Shown here one piece after another: positions 36,769 to 43,807 of a stretch of DNA of 62,144 bases (positions are counted from its first letter, which is position 1; the number at the start of each line of letters is the position of its first letter). The position numbers and the translations under genes were made by a program. The stretch spans positions 1 to 62,144 of the forward strand of contig JAFWNS010000043.1 of the NCBI GenBank assembly GCA_017510225.1, written 5' to 3'. The notes under the pieces were generated by a model that had not been told where the DNA came from, did no database searches, and worked only from the letters and a program-made list of their open reading frames with translations. Source of the DNA: Bacilli bacterium (lineage in GTDB: Bacteria > Bacillota_I > Bacilli_A > RF39 > UBA660).

Positions 36769-37182
36769 CTATTCGATTCCACATGTAGGATCATCAGGAT
36801 TACCTACAATATCAAATATCTGTAAAATAACAAATACAAAATCAGGCACAAAGAATAAAGCCAATACAAGTACTACTCTAATTAATAATTTCTTTTGAGC
36901 TTTATTCATGTTTTCTTGATCACTCTGTATTATTGCTTTCATGAAATCAATACTACTTAGAATAAGTAACAAAAATGGCCCTGCGTATTTAACTATTGAA
37001 AATATCTCTTTTAATAACCAAGCTGTACTCTTTGAATCATTAGGATTACCAAAGGCACCACAATCGGCAATAAGAGAAAAATTCCCTGTATTTAAAGCAT
37101 GTATATTCAATGGTATTAATAATAAAACTATAAATACCAAACTAAATAAAACTAATCTTTTTTTATTGTTCATATGATCCAC
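36769..37182 (-). CDS. VirB2/TrbC-like small hairpin membrane protein (paralogue 2, with signal peptide)
   Basis: Signal peptide (..LNIHA|LNTG) and two TM helices. It shares the loop motif SSIDFMKAIIQSDQENMNKAQKKLLIR with the neighbouring 116-aa protein. Single Cys residues lie before TM1 and at the C-terminus. Confidence 0.5.
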   Translation of the reverse strand: MDHMNNKKRLVLFSLVFIVLLLIPLNIHALNTGNFSLIADCGAFGNPNDSKSTAWLLKEIFSIVKYAGPFLLLILSSIDFMKAIIQSDQENMNKAQKKLLIRVVLVLALFFVPDFVFVILQIFDIVGNPDDPTCGIE

Positions 37183-37221
37183 TCCGGTACTATATAATTA
37201 TACATTATAAGTATACCAAAA

Positions 37222-37251
37222 CCAAAAAAAAATAGCAATAAAATTGCTATT
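37222..37251 (-). terminator. Intrinsic terminator/attenuator after the 116-aa VirB2-like gene
   Basis: Perfect 9-bp stem AATAGCAAT/ATTGCTATT with a 3-nt loop, followed by 7 or more U on the minus strand. Confidence 0.7.
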
Positions 37252-37265
37252 ATTAAATGTAAAAA

Positions 37266-37616
37266 TTATTTAATTGAATTCCAGCATTGTGCCCATCCTG
37301 AAGTATTAGTTTCAGATTTATCAGCACCAGATGCTACTATACTCATTAATAATGTAACGATTGTTGTAATAAAGAAGATAGCTACAGCGTAAATTGCACG
37401 TTTAATAAGCATGCTTTGAGCAGATTTAACTGCCTTTTCATCACTTGCTATAACTGCTTTTCCTAAATCAATAGTTCCTAAAACAATTAAGATAATTGGA
37501 ATACCAATTTGAACAATAGGTACTAAACCTTTCTTAACTAATTGAACTACTGGTTTTAAACCACCACATTTTTTATCAGCTTTTCCTACTACACCAATTT
37601 GAAATACACTTGACAT
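37266..37616 (-). CDS. VirB2/TrbC-like small hairpin membrane protein (paralogue 1; candidate major subunit)
   Basis: AAAGGAGTG SD and two TM helices flanking GTIDLGKAVIASDEKAVKSAQSMLIKR. Cys17 and Cys111 bracket the hairpin. The gene has its own promoter and terminator. Confidence 0.5.
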   Translation of the reverse strand: MSSVFQIGVVGKADKKCGGLKPVVQLVKKGLVPIVQIGIPIILIVLGTIDLGKAVIASDEKAVKSAQSMLIKRAIYAVAIFFITTIVTLLMSIVASGADKSETNTSGWAQCWNSIK

Positions 37617-37645
37617 TATAAAATCACTCCTTTAATTATAATTTA

Positions 37646-37674
37646 ATTTTATATTATTATAATATTTTTGTCAA
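37646..37674 (-). promoter_or_regulatory. Sigma-A-type promoter upstream of the 116-aa VirB2-like gene
   Basis: The minus strand reads TTGACA (perfect -35), a 17 nt spacer, then TAAAAT. It lies about 30 nt upstream of the SD. Confidence 0.5.
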
Positions 37675-37677
37675 TTA

Positions 37678-38670
37678 CTATCGTCTAAACAGACCAAAAA
37701 TTCTATTACTATTTACATCGTTTTTATTTTGAACTGCAATAAGTCCTAACTTAGCTAATAAGTCACTTAAAATAGGATTTTTCTTTCTCTCATCAAGTGG
37801 TGGCAAATTATAAAACATTCTCATTTTTGCTTCATATTCTAAGTCACCAACTTCTTTACCATTAAGTAAACTTTTATTTAATACTACTTTTTTATCAGCT
37901 AATTTAGAAAAAATCGCTTTATTCCTTCTAACCATTTTATTTATACCTATAATACTAGGTTCTAATAAATATATGATATCAGAACAAAAACTATCATCTT
38001 TAGTTTTATTCAAATCTACTAAAACTATACCCTCAGCAGAAGCTTCACGAACAGTATCAATTAACTCATTTTCAGAAACAGATACCATATTTTTTGCATT
38101 AAAATAAGAAAAATCATTCTTATCAACTTCTATTGCTACTACTTTATTCTTTAATTGAGCTTCCAACTCTTTTTTTAACATGTAAACTAATGTCGTAGAT
38201 CCTGCTTTATCTGTCAAATTTTTAAATCCAATAATTCTTGACATATTATTTTGTACACTATTTGACACATTTCCATTTTGATCTACTACAGTGTTTTTCT
38301 GTAAATGAGCCACATCTTTAAAAGAATTAGGCTTTTTCAAAAGATATTTTATACCATCTATATTAGTAGTAAAATTATAAATTCCATTTGACACTAAATT
38401 TGAAATAAAATTAGAAGTACATACCTCACTACCATTAGGTAAAAAGAAAATGATCTTTTCAGGATCCAATTCTTTTACTATCTTTATATAGTTTTCAATA
38501 CTATTAAAACCTCTAATTGCTGTAACATCTAGAATCATTCTGTTATAAAAAAAGTTTTTAAACATCTCAACTATTTCTAAGGCATCATATTCACCGTAAA
38601 TACTCTTAATAATATCAATATCTAAATCGGATAAAATATCTCTTTGATTATTAGCTACAATAACATTCAT
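37678..38670 (-). CDS. TadZ/CpaE-like protein (receiver-like N-domain + degenerate ParA/MinD-type P-loop)
   Basis: An N-terminal region of about 110 aa with a receiver-like alternation. The C-terminal part has IIGFKNLTDKAGSTTLVYML where the deviant Walker A (KGGxGKT) would be. The call also relies on Tad-locus context. Confidence 0.35.
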   Translation of the reverse strand: MNVIVANNQRDILSDLDIDIIKSIYGEYDALEIVEMFKNFFYNRMILDVTAIRGFNSIENYIKIVKELDPEKIIFFLPNGSEVCTSNFISNLVSNGIYNFTTNIDGIKYLLKKPNSFKDVAHLQKNTVVDQNGNVSNSVQNNMSRIIGFKNLTDKAGSTTLVYMLKKELEAQLKNKVVAIEVDKNDFSYFNAKNMVSVSENELIDTVREASAEGIVLVDLNKTKDDSFCSDIIYLLEPSIIGINKMVRRNKAIFSKLADKKVVLNKSLLNGKEVGDLEYEAKMRMFYNLPPLDERKKNPILSDLLAKLGLIAVQNKNDVNSNRIFGLFRR

Positions 38671-38700
38671 TTTATCACCCTCTTTATATTGATTCTTTTA

Positions 38701-39186
38701 CTATTTACTTCTAACTGTAATTAACTTAGTGCTTCCACCCATCCTGAAAACTTTAAGATTAGTCATAACTTTATTTATAATTGGAATATCAATTTGAATT
38801 GCTGTTTCTACTTTAAAGTAATATCTTTCATTATCATTTATATATGAGGTACTAGTTGATTCACTTCTATTACCAGAAGCTGGACATTGTTCGATAAAAT
38901 ATCCTTCTTGGTCACTAGGACTGTGGATCAGACTACAACCATCATCCACATTTGCAGTAAAATCACCAGGATGGTAACCTATTTTATCAGTGTAAGCCTT
39001 AATAACATTAGCACATGTATCTCCAGGTTTACATTTTCCCTCATATTGCTCTATTGTAGTAATAATTTTGTTTTTTACACGAAATGCCTTTGTATAACTA
39101 ACATTAAATGCTAAATAACCACTAACTATTATCAAAAATACTACAATCATAGATATATTAATAATTCCTCCAAAAGCATCACGCAT
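38701..39186 (-). CDS. Membrane-anchored protein, candidate minor pilin/TadE-like
   Basis: N-terminal hydrophobic anchor (GGIINISMIVVFLIIVSGYLAF) directly downstream of the pilin-like ORF, with 4 Cys in the ectodomain. No clear family motif. Confidence 0.3.
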   Translation of the reverse strand: MRDAFGGIINISMIVVFLIIVSGYLAFNVSYTKAFRVKNKIITTIEQYEGKCKPGDTCANVIKAYTDKIGYHPGDFTANVDDGCSLIHSPSDQEGYFIEQCPASGNRSESTSTSYINDNERYYFKVETAIQIDIPIINKVMTNLKVFRMGGSTKLITVRSK

Positions 39187-39206
39187 TTAAAACACCTCTT
39201 TTTAAT

Positions 39207-39383
39207 TTATTTAATATAATTTTGATCAACCACAATGTAGTTATAATCGCTACTAACATTATCCCATTGTTTATTAATTGCATTTTGAATATTTGGCCAC
39301 ATAATCCAGAAGAATCCAATAATAGCTGCAATTGCTATTAATGTAATAACTGTTAGATTTAATTCACCTGTAGCTGCTTTCAT
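39207..39383 (-). CDS. Unannotated 58-aa pilin-like protein (candidate Flp/Tad-type or novel subunit)
   Basis: My own translation gives MKAATGELNLTVITLIAIAAIIGFFWIMWPNIQNAINKQWDNVSSDYNYIVVDQNYIK. There is a short polar leader ending in Gly, then a hydrophobic helix. An AAAGGA SD and a near-consensus promoter lie upstream. The ORF is below the size cutoff of the ORF track. Confidence 0.5.
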   Translation of the reverse strand: MKAATGELNLTVITLIAIAAIIGFFWIMWPNIQNAINKQWDNVSSDYNYIVVDQNYIK

Positions 39384-39439
39384 TTATATAACACATCCTT
39401 TCAAAACTAAATGACATAGCTTATTTTATTCTCATTATT

Positions 39440-39468
39440 ATTATACCAATAATTTATTTTTTTAACAA
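39440..39468 (-). promoter_or_regulatory. Near-consensus sigma-A promoter upstream of the pilin-like ORF
   Basis: The minus strand reads TTGTTA, a 17 nt spacer, then TGgTATAAT (extended -10). It sits in the 91-nt gap after the TadC-like gene. Confidence 0.55.
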
Positions 39469-39474
39469 CTATTT

Positions 39475-40257
39475 TTAAACACTAAACATCATCATCATAG
39501 ATATTAGTATTATTAACATAACTCCAACACCTGTAACAACAAGCATTATCATAGTTTGACCTTCCATATGGTTAAGTCTTTCTTTATATTTAGTCTCTCT
39601 AGCTTTATTCTGTAAATTTGACACTGTCCTAGAGAACATCATTAATCTTTCATGTTTCTTTTCTTGAGATCCTAATCCTAAACGATATAAAAGTCTCATC
39701 ATTCGCATAGAATCTCTAACAGGATAAGTATTTGCAAATTCCATATATGGATCAACACTAGAATCACCAGCATTAATTTGCTCTACTAATTTTCTAAGTC
39801 CTGGTCTAAATATCTCAGGAGCATCATTAATAGATTTTCCTAAAGCAACCGGAACTGTATAATGTTGAATTAAAACTTCTAAACTTTTCAAGTAATAAGG
39901 AAGCATAACATCAATATCATGTAAATGAGCTTTATATGCTCTTTGTAATTGCTTATATGGCATTTTATAAACTAATACAGCAATAACTACAGTTAAAACT
40001 ATATTAAGAGCTGATAGTTGAGATAAGAACACAAATAAGAATGCAACACCTGTAACAAAGGCATACAACACTCTACTTCTAAACAACTTATCTGGATCTA
40101 CATCTTCACCATATTTAGCATAAACTAAAAATGTATAATCATCTTCTCTTATAAGCTCAAAATATTTTTCATTATCTGCAATAAACTTTTCTTTATCAAT
40201 TGTATTATTATATACTAACACAAAGATAATAATTGCACTTGCTACAAATACCGCCAT
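39475..40257 (-). CDS. TadC-like platform protein (T2SS-F domain)
   Basis: TM helices flank a helical cytoplasmic domain (LPYYLKSLEVLIQ...GLRKLVEQINAGDS...EFANTYPVRD...RLLYR). The gene follows a second such protein and the CpaF ATPase. Confidence 0.55.
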   Translation of the reverse strand: MAVFVASAIIIFVLVYNNTIDKEKFIADNEKYFELIREDDYTFLVYAKYGEDVDPDKLFRSRVLYAFVTGVAFLFVFLSQLSALNIVLTVVIAVLVYKMPYKQLQRAYKAHLHDIDVMLPYYLKSLEVLIQHYTVPVALGKSINDAPEIFRPGLRKLVEQINAGDSSVDPYMEFANTYPVRDSMRMMRLLYRLGLGSQEKKHERLMMFSRTVSNLQNKARETKYKERLNHMEGQTMIMLVVTGVGVMLIILISMMMMFSV

Positions 40258-41153
40258 TATTCAGCACCTACATTCTCATTATAATATTTTTCTCCCTTAA
40301 GCAAGAAATATGAATTTACAATTAAAACTCCATGAAGTAATCCTTTTATATACCACCTATTTAAAAGTATCAAATAGGTCTCTCTTCCTAATAAATATTG
40401 AACTAACATAACCATCAGATACAGCATAATACCAAATTGTAGAAACTGCTTATGGAAAGTAGCTCTTTCAATTCTATCTCTATAAACACTTTCTACAAGC
40501 ATATCTATATCAAGTTGCATGTTTTCTAAAGATTCAGCAGAATCCTTAGCACCTTCTTTAGTAATTTGTAAGAATAATTGATGCATATTCTTAACTATAT
40601 AATATGGATATATTTCACTCATATATGCAAGTGATTCATCAATACTACCATTTTTATATGCTAAATCTATCATGTGTTCAACATCTTTTTTTACAGGATC
40701 TTCTAATATCCCAGAATTCTTAACACCCTCTAATGATTTAACAAATGATTGAGTAGTTGCAAATTCCATAATTGTATTAGATGTATATACCTGAATTTGT
40801 TCAAATAAGAATTCACTATATACTCTTTTACATCTTAAGTATGATAAATATGGAATAAATGATATAACTATAAGCATATATACTATACAAATTATTAAAT
40901 TATAAAAATATAAATAAGTAACAACACCTGTAAAACCAGCCATAACAATAACTTGAATTAAATACTGTCTAGGTGTATATTCCTGTCCTAATTGCTTAGT
41001 TTTTTCTCTTACCAATTTAAAAGAATAAGGCGCAAATTTATTATATACTCCTTGAACTTGACCAGTAATAAATTTACCTACATTTTCACCTTGATAGTTT
41101 CTATATACCATCAAGAAAGAAAATAAAACTATTAAGAATAAAAGTTCAAACAT
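40257..41153 (-). CDS. TadB-like platform protein (T2SS-F domain)
   Basis: Same topology as TadC-like. Its stop and the next gene's start share a 1-nt overlap. It lies immediately downstream of the CpaF-like ATPase. Confidence 0.5.
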   Translation of the reverse strand: MFELLFLIVLFSFLMVYRNYQGENVGKFITGQVQGVYNKFAPYSFKLVREKTKQLGQEYTPRQYLIQVIVMAGFTGVVTYLYFYNLIICIVYMLIVISFIPYLSYLRCKRVYSEFLFEQIQVYTSNTIMEFATTQSFVKSLEGVKNSGILEDPVKKDVEHMIDLAYKNGSIDESLAYMSEIYPYYIVKNMHQLFLQITKEGAKDSAESLENMQLDIDMLVESVYRDRIERATFHKQFLQFGIMLYLMVMLVQYLLGRETYLILLNRWYIKGLLHGVLIVNSYFLLKGEKYYNENVGAE

Positions 41154-41167
41154 ATAAATTCTCCTTT

Positions 41168-42469
41168 CTAAGCAGGTTGTGTAGTATTTACAGGCTGTTT
41201 AACAGCAGGTTGTACTTGTTTTGGTGGTGTTGTAGTTGTAGTACTAGCTTTAGCAACTGGTTGCGCCGCAGGTTTTGGCTTAACAGGTTGTGCAACAGTT
41301 GGCTTAGCACTAGCAGTAGTCGCAGGTTTAACAACAGGTGCAGGTTGTACTACTGGCTTTTCTGTAACTACCTTAGGAGCCACCTCTCCTACTTCATCTT
41401 GAAATGGTTTATCATTAATGTGAGAAGTTATCTCACTAATATTAATATTCTGATTTTCTAAATACTCAATTAAATGAGGACTAGGTTTATTTAATACTGG
41501 TTCCCCATCAAATTGTTTTTGATAAATAGTATGACTTTGTGGTTTATTTTCCTCATCAACATAAAATTCAACCACTTCATCTACTTCACGATGGAAACAA
41601 CCCTTTTCTTTACTATAATAAGCTTTTATATGCACACCTAATTGAATATATCTATATATAGTTGTTAAGAATTGATTAACATCTAAATCAGTTTCCATCA
41701 AACTATAAAGACGATACGGTATAGCAGAAGCTTTATCAGCATGGATTGTAGACAAAATGTTATGTCCAGATGATATAGAGTTACGAACAGCAGAAACAGC
41801 TTCTGCACTACGAACCTCTGAAAGTAAAATCCATTTTGGATTCTGTCTCATGCAGGTAACCAACACATCTGTATAACTAGCAACATTATTTGTCTTCATC
41901 GCTACAATATCTCTTTGTGGAAAGATTCTATCTAAGTGTAACTCCAGAGTATCCTCAATAGTAATTACTTTTTCAGTCGTTTTAGTATGACTTGCTAAGT
42001 ATTTAACAAACTCTGTTTTACCAGAACCAGTTTCTCCACAAACCATTATATTACAATGACCTTCAACACATTTTATTAAAATATCATGAATATCTTGTGT
42101 AAAATAATCATCTTTAATTAATTTTTCTTTTTCTAATCTTATTTTTGCTGGTGTCTTACGTATAACCATAGCAATTCCATTAGTAGCAATAGATTGATGC
42201 ACAAAGTTAAGACGTAATTCACTTGATTCAGCATCTAAAAAGGGTTTAGCATTATTAAAAGTTGTTCCCATTACATTTGAACATTGAAAAGCCAACTTTT
42301 CAATAAATTCGGGAGTAACTCCTGCAATCTCAACCCTTAAAGACCCTTGAGTTAGAGAACGTACCCAAATTTGTCCACCATTATCAAATGAGATATCAGT
42401 GATATCATCATTATCAAGTAGTGCTCTTAAGGGTCCAAAATCTAACTTGTCAAATATATTTTCGTTCAT
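41168..42469 (-). CDS. CpaF/TadA-type secretion ATPase (VirB11/T2SS-E superfamily) with Pro-rich C-terminal tail
   Basis: Walker A CGETGSGKTE, Asp box ITIEDTLEL, Walker B ILLSEVR and His box LSTIHA. A C-terminal P/V/A/K/Q/T low-complexity tail of about 80 aa follows. Confidence 0.85.
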   Translation of the reverse strand: MNENIFDKLDFGPLRALLDNDDITDISFDNGGQIWVRSLTQGSLRVEIAGVTPEFIEKLAFQCSNVMGTTFNNAKPFLDAESSELRLNFVHQSIATNGIAMVIRKTPAKIRLEKEKLIKDDYFTQDIHDILIKCVEGHCNIMVCGETGSGKTEFVKYLASHTKTTEKVITIEDTLELHLDRIFPQRDIVAMKTNNVASYTDVLVTCMRQNPKWILLSEVRSAEAVSAVRNSISSGHNILSTIHADKASAIPYRLYSLMETDLDVNQFLTTIYRYIQLGVHIKAYYSKEKGCFHREVDEVVEFYVDEENKPQSHTIYQKQFDGEPVLNKPSPHLIEYLENQNINISEITSHINDKPFQDEVGEVAPKVVTEKPVVQPAPVVKPATTASAKPTVAQPVKPKPAAQPVAKASTTTTTPPKQVQPAVKQPVNTTQPA

Positions 42470-42511
42470 CTAACCCAACTCCTTCTTATTCTTTAATCCC
42501 CCTATATATTT

Positions 42512-43327
42512 CTATTCACCAGTCCATACTGTCCATTCATTAATCTTATCTTTTAATTCATCACTTGCTACTTCTACATCTCCAGGTTCATCTTTAAGAC
42601 TTTCATTAGTTGGAACCGGTATAAGTGTAGAATCATAAGTTCTTAAATAACTAGCTTTCTTAAGTAAGATATAATCATCCTCAGGTAAAGCAAATACTAT
42701 CATAGCTGGTGTCTTAGAATCATCTAAATTAGAAAATACTGGTTGTCCATTACTATCTTTAACAGCTAAAACTTTAACATTTTTAAGGAACTTACCATAC
42801 ATGATTTTATCAGCATCTTTATTACCTTTTGCTATTTCAGTATCTGATATTTTATTAACAGCTTTTAAATAAATATCAATATAATTTCCTGGATAAATAG
42901 AGTTACCATATGTACTCTCAGTATCAACAGGCATATTATATAAAACATGACCTTTTGGATAATCTAAAATGATATTAGCTGGTAATTGTTCTTTTTCTAC
43001 TACATTTCGTTTATAGAATAAACTACCTTCAGGAATAACAGTATCAGCATTTGAATACTTATCAATAACATCTCCCTGACTTCTAACAATATCAACTTTA
43101 TTAACCATATCTTGAGGTACATCCATAGTACCTACCATATTTTCAGTTATTTGTGTTCCAGGAGCTATAGTTTGTTTAGCATAAGGTACACTAACAGGAC
43201 TAATTGCTGTTTTAACACGGTGATTATATGAAATATATAATACTGCAACAGCAAGAACAACACCTAAAACAGTAACTGTGTTTTTATTTGATAAAAACTT
43301 CTTAATACCAGAATTCATGTTTCCCAT
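42512..43327 (-). CDS. CpaB/RcpC-like pilus assembly protein (SAF domain)
   Basis: N-terminal TM anchor and a SAF-like segment VPYAKQTIAPGTQITENMV. It sits directly upstream of the CpaF-like ATPase, as in Tad loci. Confidence 0.55.
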   Translation of the reverse strand: MGNMNSGIKKFLSNKNTVTVLGVVLAVAVLYISYNHRVKTAISPVSVPYAKQTIAPGTQITENMVGTMDVPQDMVNKVDIVRSQGDVIDKYSNADTVIPEGSLFYKRNVVEKEQLPANIILDYPKGHVLYNMPVDTESTYGNSIYPGNYIDIYLKAVNKISDTEIAKGNKDADKIMYGKFLKNVKVLAVKDSNGQPVFSNLDDSKTPAMIVFALPEDDYILLKKASYLRTYDSTLIPVPTNESLKDEPGDVEVASDELKDKINEWTVWTGE

Positions 43328-43345
43328 TTTATTCCTCCTCTACTA

Positions 43346-43789
43346 TTATTTTTTAAACTCTTCTTTAATCTTGTTTTCACAATATTGATCGTAATGATAA
43401 TTCTCTTCTAATATAGCATCTACAGTAGTAGTAATTGCTTGTCCTTCACCTTTTACTCTTAATACTGTTTGAGAATCAATCTTTACACTTGCTTTTGGTG
43501 GTACTTCACTTATATCATAAAAAGCTACCACATATTCACGAGTATTATCTACAGTATCAGCAAATCTACAAAGAAAACTTTCAATAAACTTTTCTCTATC
43601 AATTCTAAGCATACATGTTTTTCTATAAAATGAAGTATCTACAGCATCATTCATTGATGATTCTGCAGTTTCCTTCAACAGGTAGTAATCTAATTCACTA
43701 CCTGTTGAGTAGTTAGAAACAATATTTATCATCAATAAAGCTATAGCACTTAATATAATAATACCCACTGTTAACATCGCTTTATTCAT
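43346..43789 (-). CDS. Membrane-anchored hypothetical protein (possible pseudopilin-like)
   Basis: N-terminal hydrophobic anchor (MLTVGIIILSAIALLMINIV) plus a roughly 115-aa domain. The assignment is positional only. Confidence 0.3.
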   Translation of the reverse strand: MNKAMLTVGIIILSAIALLMINIVSNYSTGSELDYYLLKETAESSMNDAVDTSFYRKTCMLRIDREKFIESFLCRFADTVDNTREYVVAFYDISEVPPKASVKIDSQTVLRVKGEGQAITTTVDAILEENYHYDQYCENKIKEEFKK

Positions 43790-43807
43790 ACTTTATAACC
43801 TCCCATT

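Noticed and set aside
36941-37177. Plus-strand 78-aa ORF
   Set aside because: It lies antisense inside the 137-aa VirB2-like gene, which has an SD, a signal peptide and a paralogue supporting the minus-strand frame.
38887-39114. Plus-strand 75-aa ORF
   Set aside because: It lies antisense inside the 161-aa membrane-anchored protein gene.
41177-41461. Plus-strand 94-aa ORF rich in C/R/S/W
   Set aside because: It lies antisense to the Pro/Ala/Val-rich tail of the CpaF-like gene, an artefact of GC-rich repetitive codons. For the same reason I also rejected reading this local GC peak as a separate insertion.
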